Assembly (NCBI RefSeq): GCF_902150065.1
Contig: NC_043987.1
Coordinates: forward strand, 1,689,386 to 1,753,385
Direction of reading: 5' to 3'
DNA: 64,000 bases
Source of the DNA: Myripristis murdjan
Taxonomy: Eukaryota
Both the position numbers and the translations under genes were made by a program. A model generated the notes under the pieces. That model was not told where the DNA came from. It saw nothing but the letters and a program-made list of their open reading frames with translations, and did no database searches. The first letter of the stretch is position 1. Each line of letters starts with the position of its first letter. Positions 27,615 through 39,115 of this stretch are shown here, piece after piece.

Positions 27615-27724
27615 TGCAAGACCAAGATAATTCTGACAATAACACCATCTTTGTGCAAGGCCTGGGAGATAACTACACTGTTGATTCAGTGGCAGACTTT
27701 TTTAAGCAAATTGGAATCATCAAG
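27615..27724 (+). CDS. fus: fus exon 9, start of the RRM ([37 protein letters not shown])
   Basis: Acceptor ttcatacag|, donor AAG|gtaccg. Near-identical to human [33 protein letters not shown]. Confidence 0.9.
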
Positions 27725-28181
27725 GTACCGCAAACACAGCACATCATCAACACATTTCTGTGGCTTCAGTCATGTACAAATAATCACTGACTTTTCGATC
27801 TGTTTCCAGCTGATGATCATACATTGGACTGTAATTGAGAAATCATTTTTTCAAAAAATATAGAACAGTGAGCTTACTAATTAGAGCAACGAAAACAGCT
27901 CTAATTGTTGTCTAATCCTTACTGTCATTTCAGAGCTTTTTTGAATATCTGTATCCATTATTTGTTTGCATGTCAAAAAACTGAATAAAGTTTTTGGTTC
28001 CCATTTGCTAATTGTTTTGTTGTTAAAATCGCAAAAATAATGAAAGAAAGGTTATATATGATTAAGCTATGTATTTTAAAAAAATACTTAAAAATTTGAA
28101 AGTGGATGTGGGCTATCCTTCTTGTCTGATATCCACAAAGCAAACAATTTTGTTAAGTTAATTAACTTGCCTTTTATGTGA

Positions 28182-28421
<240 letters not shown>

Positions 28422-29660
28422 TAAAATAAAAATTCATACCTGGATACTTCATGAAAGGAGTCTCGCAAAGTAACTGATTATTTATATCTAATGTCCATGA
28501 TCAGATGTGTGTTACTGAGGAAGTAACATACATCAGAATTACAAATAGCCATCATCGGTTGAAAGACACCTAGAGCTTGATTTAAAGGGAAGCTGGTAAC
28601 CAACTCCAAGACAACCAATCTCTACAATTCAGCTCAGCATGTCTGTTGCTATTATATATAGGCCTGTACTTATAGCCTATGTCAGCCTGTGCAACACACA
28701 GTTAACTGATCTTAAGTCATGCCCCACTTAACACAGTTGCTAGGTTGGACAAGGTTTATGTGCTTCACCATGGAGACAATGAAATTAAGTGGTACACTGT
28801 AAAATGGCATAGATCATTTCTTGAGATAAACTGAAATAATTCCATGAAGTAGCCACAGTAAAGTTCTTCATAAGTGAATTTAAAGTTTGAAAAAGTGGGT
28901 GAAAATCCACTTTAAAGAATGAACATTGTGCTGGTCCCAAACTGCTCATCTTTTTGCAGTGTTTTTCTCCAGTCCCTTTCATGTTGAGGGTCTGTTGGTG
29001 ACAGCGGTTACATGTTAGGACCTAGCTAGCCTAAATTAGCTGTCCAGCTACCTGCATAGCCGGGAACGCAGGGCTGTGGTCCGGGTCAGCATAGCCTCCA
29101 ACTATAATATTAATTCTTGATTTGATCAAAAGAGTTTTATGAATCCAAGAAAGCACCTCAAAATCTAGAGAAGCTTCATTCATGTCCATAGAGAAAGGTG
29201 TGTTGTTTGAGGGCAATCTTTGCTAAGCTACGATTGGCTGGTTTGCATTTTTGGGGGACAGGACTTAAGGTCAGTCAATCATATGTGCTATAATATAGAG
29301 CAGTCACATCATATTAAATTAACTTTTTTCATCTTCATGTTTTTTCAAGTAATTTCAAATCAGTGGACAGCCATCATATGTGACTGTTGGTTTTTACTCT
29401 CTATGCAATCAAATCAGTGCAAAGGTGGGACCTGTTATGTGACTCATGAAAAAAAAAAAAGTTAGATCTTGTCAAATCAGAGTTACAGCAACCTAAACAG
29501 AAAGCACAACTCTGATTCGTTGTTTGCCTTGCAGCAAGACAAAATCTGCTTGTTCTCATTCCACAGCTTTTTCCATTACATAATCAGTTTTTTTTTTTTT
29601 GATGTGATATCAGATTATGGCCCTTGACAACTTTTGATGTCTATCTGATCTGTCCAACAG

Positions 29661-29759
29661 GGAAGGACTTCAATGGAAATCCCATTAAGGTGTCTTTTGC
29701 CACCCGCAGAGCAGACTTTGGAGGCAGGGGTGGCATGAGAGGGGGTCGAGGACGAGGAG
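29661..29759 (+). CDS. fus: fus exon 11, RRM end/RGG2 ([33 protein letters not shown])
   Basis: Acceptor tccaacag|, donor GGAG|gtgagc. Same frame as track ORF 29624..29824. Confidence 0.9.
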
Positions 29760-30024
29760 GTGAGCCATATCATGTCTCCACATTCACATCTCCAATTTGG
29801 TTTTTGACGGTTTACATGTTTTGAAAGGATGTTCCATGATTTTTAGTAGCCTCATCTCATTGGTCACTAGCATGCTGAATGGGATTTCAGAAAGTGCTCC
29901 CACACTGGTTTGCCAGAATTTGGTATACCAAAAAGTGGTGCTTATATTGATATATATATATACGATGTATATATATTATGTGCATCGTAGTGGTGGATGA
30001 TGACACTAACCACACATTATGTAG

Positions 30025-30139
30025 GGCCGATGGGTCGTGGCGGGTTTGGAGGGGGCAGAGGAGGAGGAGGCTTCCCAGGAGGCAATGGGGCAGGAGGAGG
30101 AGGGCAGCAGAGGGCTGGAGACTGGAAGTGTTCAAACCC
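30025..30139 (+). CDS. fus: fus exon 12, RGG2 and start of the RanBP2 zinc finger ([38 protein letters not shown])
   Basis: Acceptor atgtag|, donor AACCC|gtgagt. Matches human GPMGRGG...[12 protein letters not shown]. Confidence 0.9.
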
Positions 30140-30454
30140 GTGAGTCCAAATTTGCTGTGTGTGTGTGTGTGTGGTGTTCATTTTGGTTGGAAATTAAAAT
30201 CTTCATGCAGCTGTCTTAATTTTGAAACTTGGACCAATGTGTTTTCTTTTTGCCAGAAAGACTATCAATAAAAAAGAAAAGAAAACAGTAAAACAAACAG
30301 TGGTTGAATCAACGTATTGGGCGACCAATTCTGAGTGGGGTACAGCCATATAATAACATGTCTGTGTTATTGTGTGAGAGAGAGAGGGAGTGAGTATACT
30401 CTTGATGTGTTATTCTCTTGTTGATGTTGACTGACTGTCCCCATTTCTCTGCAG

Positions 30455-30552
30455 TGATTGTGGCAACTTGAATTTTTCGTGGCGCAATGAGTGCAACCAG
30501 TGCAAGGCCCCTAAACCTGAGGGGGCGGGTGGGATGCCCCCGATGGAACGAG
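30455..30552 (+). CDS. fus: fus exon 13, RanBP2-type zinc finger ([33 protein letters not shown])
   Basis: Acceptor tctctgcag|, donor CGAG|gttagc. C-x-C...C-x2-C spacing; [16 protein letters not shown] is identical to human. Confidence 0.9.
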
Positions 30553-30591
30553 GTTAGCCCTTGTACCTTGTTTAAAATTACATCCACTTAT

Positions 30592-30962
30592 CCTGTTAAG
30601 GGCTCATTAAGTCCTTGTGACGGCTGAGGGTATAACTTCTAAATGAATTTATCTTTTCAGATTTTTTTTTTTTTTTTTTTTGGTATGTTATTGAAGTTCA
30701 GTCCAACCATTACTGATATAATTTGGTCAGTAAAATTAAATAATGAACCCTTTACAGACGAGGTTCTATGATGTACCACTCACTTTTATACAAAAAACCA
30801 CCCCAAAATCCAAGTTAGAAGGGGCTGGAGGGAATTTTTTTTAAATGACCATCACTGCCAAAAAAAAACATACCAAAAAAAAAAAAAAAAATCTGAAAAG
30901 ATAAATTCATTTAGAAGTTATACCTTCAGCCGTCACAAGGACTCAATGAGTCCTTAACAGGG
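30592..30962. mobile_element. Foldback/MITE element in fus intron 13 with about 95-bp near-perfect terminal inverted repeats (CCTGTTAAGGGCTCATTAAGTCCTTGTGACGGCTGAGGGTATAACTTCTAAATGAATTTATCTTTTCAGATTTTTT..TGGTATGTT)
   Basis: 30592-30690 is the reverse complement of 30868-30962, including the poly-T/poly-A and GGTATGTT/AACATACC segments. Confidence 0.65.
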
Positions 30963-32076
30963 TGAAAGCTATACATTAAGCTACACACTGAAAGAAAACT
31001 TTTTCTCAAAATTTTTTTAAAATTTCAAAATACATTGAGGAATGCTACTTTTGCACCAAAAAAATTGCTAAAGTATAATCGCAGCCAAAATGCTGGTCAA
31101 AAGAAAAGTAAAGAAAAAAATAGAGAGAATATTTTTTATTTAAAATTGAAATGAGTGGGGCTGGATTGACATCAGATTTTGGGGAGCAAGCCTGATGAAG
31201 TACTGCTGCGTTCCAGGCCACCCGTAACTGGTGATTTACCGGTTAAAAGTGGGCGGGGCTATAGCCAAACCTGTGAATTCATGCCTGTGAACTTGATTGT
31301 GCTCAGCGTACGCCAACTTCCTCGTTTGATGTCACACAGTTTATGTTTTCACCATTGCCGGTTGTAACAAGAATGTTTGTCGGCTATGCCTGGAACGGTT
31401 TGAAGTCGTGACTCGTGACTTTGAAGTCGTGATTCACAGATACAATTCCCCGCTGGAACGCAAGATAATATGCAAAACACATCTAAATCTTCTTGATGTG
31501 TGGAAAGACTTTTGACTCGACAGTATTTGAATTTCCTGTGCTTGACCAGCAACCAAAGAAAGCAAGTGGCTCTGAGGGGGACCTTTTTTTTAAGTCCCAT
31601 TTGTTGATGTGGGTTTGTAGATGCTTGTTCACACATGTAACCTTTTAGAAAGGTCACGAGCAAATTAACAAAAAAATGACCTGATAATTAACAAGAAACG
31701 GCTTAAAAAGTTACAAGAAAACTGAACTTGGTTCAAGACCCATGAATTGCAGTTTGACTTTAAAATTTTTTTCAGTGATTGCGTGTGTCTGAGTTCAATT
31801 CAACTTTGAGTTGTCAGTTGAAATACTAACTGTGCAAATCAGTGCCATTGTAGTTGAGTGAGATAGAGAAATCATAGCATATCAGCTAACACAAGGAAAT
31901 GGATGATAAAGATGTAGCTGCAGCTATCAACAATTTAAAGACATAAAAACTGAAAACACTCAAACTAGATCAACATTTTGTGCTGAAGGCATTTCTGAGA
32001 GGAGAAGATGTCTTTTTTTTTTTCTGCTGACAAAATTTGGCAAAAAATTGTGACTGACTTGTTTGTCTGCCATCAG

Positions 32077-32212
32077 GAGGTTATGGAGGAGAGCGTAGTC
32101 GCGGGGGATTTGAGCGGGGCGGCTTCAGGGGCCGAGGCGGGGACCGGGGGGGCTTCAGAGGAGGCCGAGGAGGAGACAGGGGAGGCTACGGCCCTGGCAA
32201 GATGGACGGAAG
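32077..32212 (+). CDS. fus: fus exon 14, RGG3 ([45 protein letters not shown])
   Basis: Acceptor gccatcag|, donor GGAAG|gtaata. Confidence 0.9.
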
Positions 32213-32724
32213 GTAATACACACTCCAAACAAAACACCTTTAATTCATTTATTTATTTTATTGAAAGATCACTATGATTGTGTGCTAAAGCTTTCTTATA
32301 ACCTTTTTTTTTTTAAATCACTTTGTAATTGTCATTACTTTGCCCAAAAGATTGTAATGTTTGCCACAGATTTGTTGTTGTTGTCAGAGTAGAAAAGCTC
32401 CTAAAACAACCAGTAAATGGTCATGAGACACCAAAACGCTTAACTAGCACCCATGAATTTCCCAAAGTGTTGTAGAACATTTCATTGAATTCATAAAATG
32501 TTCAGAGGGAGTGGAATCATTACTGTATGCGTAGCTTTGGTCAGGGAAAAACTTCCATCATATCAGGTTGTTGGCAGCAGATATTTCATAAAAGGTCAGT
32601 ACCTCTCTGATGTATCAGCAGTCTATTATATAATTGTTAACCGTCCCAAAACCACATGTATGCAGCAAATGAATGGTTTCTTGGTGGATGGCAGTGGTTA
32701 ATGAAATCAATGTTTGTCCTCCAG

Positions 32725-32764
32725 GGCCGACCACAGACAGGAGCGGCGAGACCGGCCCTACTAA
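32725..32764 (+). CDS. fus: fus exon 15, PY-NLS and stop (..R ADHRQERRDRPY*)
   Basis: Acceptor gtcctccag|. The frame gives ADHRQERRDRPY then TAA (32762-32764), matching the human C-terminus GEHRQDRRERPY. Summed exon length is 1602 nt (533 aa + stop). Confidence 0.9.
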
Positions 32765-35425
32765 ATCATCCTCCACGTCCAGAGCCCTGAACCCCCACCC
32801 AGCCCATCCCAGCCCACATGTTTTGTACAACACTATTAGAAGCTGTTCCTTTGACCCTTGTGGCTGATTGTGTAGAGAAATGTTTCAAAGAGATTTCCCT
32901 GTTTTTGTGTTTTCTCTTCCTCATTCTGTTGATTTTTTGTTATTTGACTCACACTTCACTCACATCTAGTCCCCTCTCTCGTCTGCTCTTCTCTCCACAT
33001 CTCTCAAGTTGTGCTTAATGATGAAGTTTTCTTTATTTTTGTTGAAAGAAATGCGAGTTAATTTATTACTCCTGAGCCTTGTGTGAGTCTTTTTGTATTG
33101 TGTATTTGTTGGTTTTCAAATGAAAGTGTTTGTAAGACCCAAACAGTGAGTCTGGCATCCTCATTGAGTTTCACTTGATTGTCGTTATCTCAAAGGATCA
33201 GTTTGATTGTGCCATTTCACATATGTGGTTATAAGCTGCTACATGTCAAACAGGTTTACATATTTTTGTTTCCAATGATGGCAAATGGTAAGTGGACTGC
33301 ATTTGTATGGTGCTTTTCTAGTCTACTGACCACTCAAAGTGCTTTACAATGTTTTTGCCTCACATTCACCCATTCACACACACACTCACACACTGATGGC
33401 AGGGACTGCCATGCAATGTGCATTGGCTGTCCATCAGGAGCGGTGAGGGGTTCAGTATCTTGCTCAAGGACACTTCGACACACTCTGGAGGAGCCGCCCC
33501 AGTGATGCTTCCTCATTGTTGCAGACACTTGGTGGTGGAACGAGTTTTTATGTGAGACTTAGAAGAGCCTTCCTGAAACAAAAGATTTTCCCTTGCATTG
33601 GCAGTCACTGTCTGGTTAGTTGGAACAACATAGTTTCTTTGACATCAACAGGTGGCCCACCTGTGGTATATATTGTTCACCTTATAAAACGTGTTTTCTT
33701 TGATGACTATTGAAATGCTGAATCACTACATTTTAAAAGCTTAACTGTGCTCCCTGTATGCTGTTGTATGCGAGGTGTGACACATGGAGATGAGAAAACA
33801 AGCTCTATAAAATTGTTGGCACATCATTGCCAAAATTCCAGGGTTTGTCTGACTTGAGTTTAAATCTCTAATACCCTCAAAACATATGTGTAAAACAACT
33901 TCCAGAGTACCTACTTGATCTTAAATTAGTTTTCCATATCATTTATAGCTGTTTGTATTGAAATCCTTTTCTCCACATACATGATTTTAATTGTAGTGCA
34001 AATAAATGTTCATATTGTCACACAAATTATTGTGATGTGGGAACAACGCACACATCAGGCCATAAATTAAACCCATATCAAACACTACAGACATTATTAA
34101 TCAACACATGAGGCTGTTATGATTGATAATATCATAATCAGAAATACTAAATCATCTTTATTAACTGGATAAGTTGCTGTTGCTCAAATTTTCAAGAGAA
34201 GAATTATAAAAAATAGAAAAAGAAATCAATTGAAAAATATTTGCATTAGAAATTTGAAAGTATGTGCATTATGTATAAATCTGGCTATTAATCCTACAAA
34301 AATTTTTACCCCAATGAATACAAATATATAGCAGTTACTAATGGCTATGATAATTGCCAATATGTCCCAAAGAGGTTGCATAAGAGCTGTGTAGGCATTG
34401 GTTGATAAGGCTGGGCATTTCAAATGCATAAAGGCCATGTAAGCAGGGATTAGGAAGCTTAATGCACGTTTTCAACAATGGAATGCTGCCCTTCCACTCC
34501 AGTTTGTGTTTTGAAAACGATTTGTGCCCCATCAACATGACTCGACACTTGTGCAAGTGTACATGCTGGTATTTCTCTGCCTGTCTCACCACACTTCCGT
34601 GTTCCTTAAACATAATCTGAATGTCCAGCTACAAACAGGTAGGTCCTGTTTATGCGCAGTGAAACAATCCAAAAATACATCATCGTCCTCAGAGTCTCAT
34701 GGTTGAGAAAACCATTCCATTTGTGGAAAAGTTGACATTAATAGATGCAGTAGGTAAAGGAATAAGCCACAAAGCTTTACCCTGTGCAACATGATAGTGG
34801 TAGTGGGTGTTGCTTGATGACAGCCTCCCTTTAAAATGAACTCCATTTCACAGGTTTAAACCACAAACAACATCACATATGGTTAGCTTGAATGACTGGG
34901 GCATTTTGACAAGTTAATGCCCAAGCAGCTGACCAGAAGGTGAATGAGGCCAATTAAGTTTGACACACCTCGGTCTTTGGTTCAATGCAGCCGTCCATAG
35001 GAGAAACCTGTTTCTCCTATGGAATTCCCATGCACAGACAGAATTGTGTTGTTTAACAATGGAAACAGTGACGAGCCTCAAATACGTACACAGCTCATCT
35101 CTTTAAGTGCCTCATGATGGATGGATGGATGGCTGTACTTTATTGATGGAAATTCTTGTGTTCCAGCAGCAGGCTGTCCAAACATTGCACAGGAACAAAT
35201 GTAGGCTACCCCAAATATACCTCTCAACTCTAGAAGAAATGTATATCTTTAGAAAAAATAAAATTAAACAAAATAAATACAGTGGATAAATACAAGGAAT
35301 ATAAGAAAGAGAAAAAACCCTATAAAATAAGTAATAAGTAATAAAAAATAAAATATACTTAAATATATATATAGGATATCTATAGACCTTTCACCTTTGA
35401 ACCTTTGCTCATACTATATGTATAA

Positions 35426-35465
<40 letters not shown>

Positions 35466-35562
35466 GCTTCTTCAGTTCTAATAGAGTGATGGGGAGTCCC
35501 AGCTATTTGACCTCTGTGGGGACGCTCTCCAGATCGTTGACACCACTGGATCATTGACTACG

Positions 35563-35905
35563 TTTACATGCACACCATATTCCGGTTCGGGTCAATATTC
35601 CGGTTAAGGTAACTGCGCTGCGGCAACTGGAATATTCCGTTTACATGTTACTTGGCATGTTCCCATGTTTCGGTGTATTCTACTCTCTTCCGTAATGCGA
35701 CACTCAGCTGCGGGGGGGCAGCAGTACGTCTATAGGCATCTGGTCTGCCGGAAATACAGAAGAAGAAGTCTTCTGTATCTTATTCGGAATTCTCTCCAAC
35801 CGGAATATGACCTTAATCAGGTTCGGTGAGTGTTTACATGACTCGTGCGCAACCGGAATATTGCGGATATTCTGAATAATACAGGAATATGGTGTGCATG
35901 TAAAC
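35563..35905. mobile_element. MITE of about 340 bp with 22-bp TIRs (GTTTACATGCACACCATATTCC ... GGAATATGGTGTGCATGTAAAC) and internal ATTCCGGTT-type subrepeats
   Basis: TIRs read directly. Internal repeated CCGGAATATT/AATATTCCGG motifs. Confidence 0.6.
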
Positions 35906-36353
35906 TTACTCATTGGTGCTCCTCCCTGTTGTGACGACTGTCTTTAGTGTTGGTGGAGACACTTGACTCTAGGAGTGAAAGGTGATTTTTAGGGTCACAA
36001 AGGGTCAAGCGTGAATGTTCCTCCTACACTGAAAGATGGTTTTGTTATCTTAATTAACATAGAGCCACCCTAGTTAGGTGAACCTATTCAACATAGTTCC
36101 CAGCATAAGTTGCCATAGTAACCGAGCTTGAACTATGTTGAAATTTCCATTATGGAACCAAAACAACTGAAAATCAGTCAGACTAACCAAAGTAAGTCTG
36201 GCTAGTTTAACAGAAAGAACAAATGACTGTGCGCTTGCAAACAATAACAGACAGTTCTGAACAGTTTCTGCAGAAAACTTCAATGGCTAAAAAGATCTGA
36301 CCTGATAACAACATGAACAAATTTATTTTCAACCTCACACCAGAGTTCTGCTT

Positions 36354-36704
36354 TCACCACTTAGTTGGTAGGGCTGGCCTCTCCTGAATCATGTTGATCA
36401 GTTGGCCTTCAGTTTCTTCATTCCAGATGGCTGTGTTATTAACACAATATTCAGATATTAGATAGTTCCAATAAGATGCAGATGAAAAATAAGAGGATCC
36501 ATCTTGACTTTGTTGTTTGCTTGCTTTTGTCACTTCTGTTAATCTTCTTGAGGACTGATTAGCTAAGCTGAACAGCCAATCAGAGTGATCACTCTCACCA
36601 GTGGGCTCTGCTGCTGAGTCAACATCCTCAATCAGCTGAGAAGCCACGGTCAAAGGTCTAACTAGCGCCAGCGGTGCAGGACACACTGCAAAAAGTAGGG
36701 CCAA
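36354..36704 (-). other. ORF fragment with a MADF/Myb-SANT-like N-terminal motif (…IWNEETEGQLINMIQERPAL…), probably transposon-derived (for example the Harbinger Myb-like protein) and truncated
   Basis: Track ORF 36354..36704 (−). The W-x-EET-x-LI-x5-P-L pattern resembles the MADF domain start. Immediately terminated; no splice context. Confidence 0.25.
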
Positions 36705-37339
36705 AGATGCTCACCAGTGGCCAAACACTGGCTGACTAAGGGCTTGATCTCCAAGTAGATTGGAGCATGGGTTGACTCAGAGAAAGTCACATTGATTGAC
36801 CCACCTCCAAACTCTGATTTTTTCACCCATAATACTACTGGTCGTTTGTGTGTCCAACACAACCAAGGATCCTAACTGAGTTTGCACTGGTATTGTTTCT
36901 TTTGTGCCAGCACCTAATATTTACCCATTCTGTGACTCCACCACATGATGCCTTGTTAGACCGGCCTGTCCCCTTCAGTGTTCAGGAACTGACTGTGATG
37001 ATTACGTATGGCATTTTGCCTTACAATTTAATTAAATTACAAGGCCAACACAGAAAAAATAGTGGTTCTAAATGGGGTTTTTTTTAAGACTGTGTGGTTC
37101 CATGAAGAACAGTTAACCAGGAAAGAGGCACTTTATTCAGTGGACATTTCCTCATTTGAAAAAAACAAAAACAAAACATTTGAAAAGGGTTGTTCGTCGA
37201 ACCACCAAAAGCTGTTTTCAAAGGTTTTTTTTTTTGGTTGAGAACCTTTTCAACACAACCTTCAAAGAACATTTTGGATGGGTTTTTCAAGCACCTTTGG
37301 TTTTTGTTTTTGTTTGTTTTTTGTAAGGTCTAAAAAAAT

Positions 37340-37800
37340 CAGAAATGGCTTTACTACATATCACCACTATGAAGAACCATTTTCAGTTCCAGTTGGTACT
37401 TTTATTTTACAAATTAACTGCTGTTTCAATTTCTCTTCTCTTTTCACTGAAGTCACTAAGGTTCATTGCTCAGAGAAATGATTTTATGTTTTTATTATCT
37501 TTGAGGCGCCTTCGAACCGTTTAAGGAGGGGGTTTAAGAACTGTGGGATGGGTCTGAAATGTTGTTTGTGGAACCTCAAAATGGTTCACTTATGGCATCA
37601 CTCTGAAGAAGAATTTTCAGTTCCAGTTGATACCTTTATTTTTCTTTAAGAAATGAGAATCTGCTGTTTCCATTTATTTTTTCCATTTAGAAAATGATCT
37701 AAAAGGTTTTCTGTGGAGCCAGAAAAGGTTCTCCTACATGGCATTACTCTGAAGAACTATTTTTGGTTCCAGATGGCACTGTTGTTTCCTCATATGGATC
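37340..37800. repeat. Tandem repeat block, unit about 240 bp x about 2.5 (recurrent ...CATCACTCTGAAGAAGAATTTTCAGTTCCAGTTGATACCTTTATTT...)
   Basis: Three diverged copies of the CTGAAGAAC(C/T)ATTTT(C/T)(A/G)GTTCCAG(T/A)TGG(T/C)AC segment, at 37368, 37606 and 37750. Confidence 0.5.
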
Positions 37801-38448
37801 TAAAAGGTGCAAAGGAAAATCAAATATGGTCTGAATTCCTGCAGTGGTTGGCAAGACGCTGGCTTGTGTGGTATGAAGTGGAACAGGTGACTGGGCGTGC
37901 CTGCCGCAGGTGACACTTTGTCGACAACACAAAGAGGTGTGTTTGTTTGACAGAGTTGGGAGGCGGAGAGGAGACGTTTATTTAAAGCAGACTGGCTTTG
38001 AGTTGGACATGGATCTGTAGTGATGGCTGTGTACAAGCTGCTCAGTGTGGCAACGCTGCTGATTTTACTGACACGAGGTAAGTGGCTCCTCCATCGCCTT
38101 TCCATCACTACACAGCTCAGTCTGTGAGGAACCGCTAGGTGTGCTGAGATCAAAGTCACTGTGCTTATTGCATATAGAGTTGAGTCAAGTTCAGATAGAC
38201 AATTCTAATTTTCACTTAATTTCTTTTAAAAACATGGGGGAAAGCGATTTTCAAATTAGCATTTTAAAAAAAGGCAAAATTCCAAGACAATCAGCCAAAA
38301 ATTACAATATATTTTGAAAACTACAAGAAATCTGTATTTAGAATTATTACACTGATGTATTTAAATGTCAGATCAGTGATGCTAGGTCAGATTTCTTGAG
38401 TTTAAATGTTTGTTTAAATGCCTCAGGCATTCCCAAGCATCTAACCCA

Positions 38449-38645
38449 GGGGTTGGCAACCATGTGCCATGGAGGGCTGAGAGGCTGCAGGTTTTCATTC
38501 CAACCAAAAACTCCACCAGGTAATTTCACTGATTACTTTCAAGCAGAGAGGAGAACTGATCAGTGAAATCAGCTGGTGAAGTTTTTGGTTGGAGTGAAAA
38601 CTTGCAGACTGTCGGCTCTCCATGGCACATGCACCAACCCTTGAT
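38449..38645. mobile_element. Hairpin MITE of about 200 bp, near-complete palindrome (GGGTTGGCAACCATGTGCCATGGAGGGCTGAGAGGCTGCAGGTTTTCATTCCAACCAAAAACTCCACCAG ... reverse complement)
   Basis: Left half is the reverse complement of the right half, with a few mismatches. Confidence 0.6.
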
Positions 38646-39075
38646 GAGAATTTTCTTGTCGAGGGCTAGATGCTGTTCCAGGCTAAGGAACATGGCCCCA
38701 GAATTCACAAGCAGTGAACCCTATACATGTATTTAGGCTAAATTCTTGTGGTGAGTGATGAAATGCTGTCAAGGGTTGAACTATTTAGTCCTTTGAAAAC
38801 GGAACAAATTCACTTGATTTCTGTCAGAAACAAAGGGACAAAGGCCATGAGCACATTTGCAAGAAATGACCTGAAAATTATCAAGAAACTAAAGCACAGG
38901 GAAAAAAAGTAAAATTCAGTTAAATGCCTTTGCCCTATGTGTGCTGGGATTGGCTCCAGCACCCCCACGACCCTAGTGAGGATAAGCGGTTTAGAAGATG
39001 AATGAATGAATGAATGAATTCAGTTAAAATTTTTTACATTAAAAATATTTACCAAAAAATTCAAAAATTAGACCT

Positions 39076-39115
39076 AAATTAAATTAAATTAAATTAAATT
39101 AAATTAAATTAAATA
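39076..39115. repeat. (AAATT)n pentanucleotide repeat, preceded by (GAAT)n at 38996-39018
   Basis: Read directly. Confidence 0.9.

Noticed and set aside
31214-31460. Possible second MITE with TGCGTTCCAGG / CTGGAACGCA ends in fus intron 13
   Set aside because: The inverted match is only about 10-11 bp, which could be chance. Kept only as a note inside the foldback finding.
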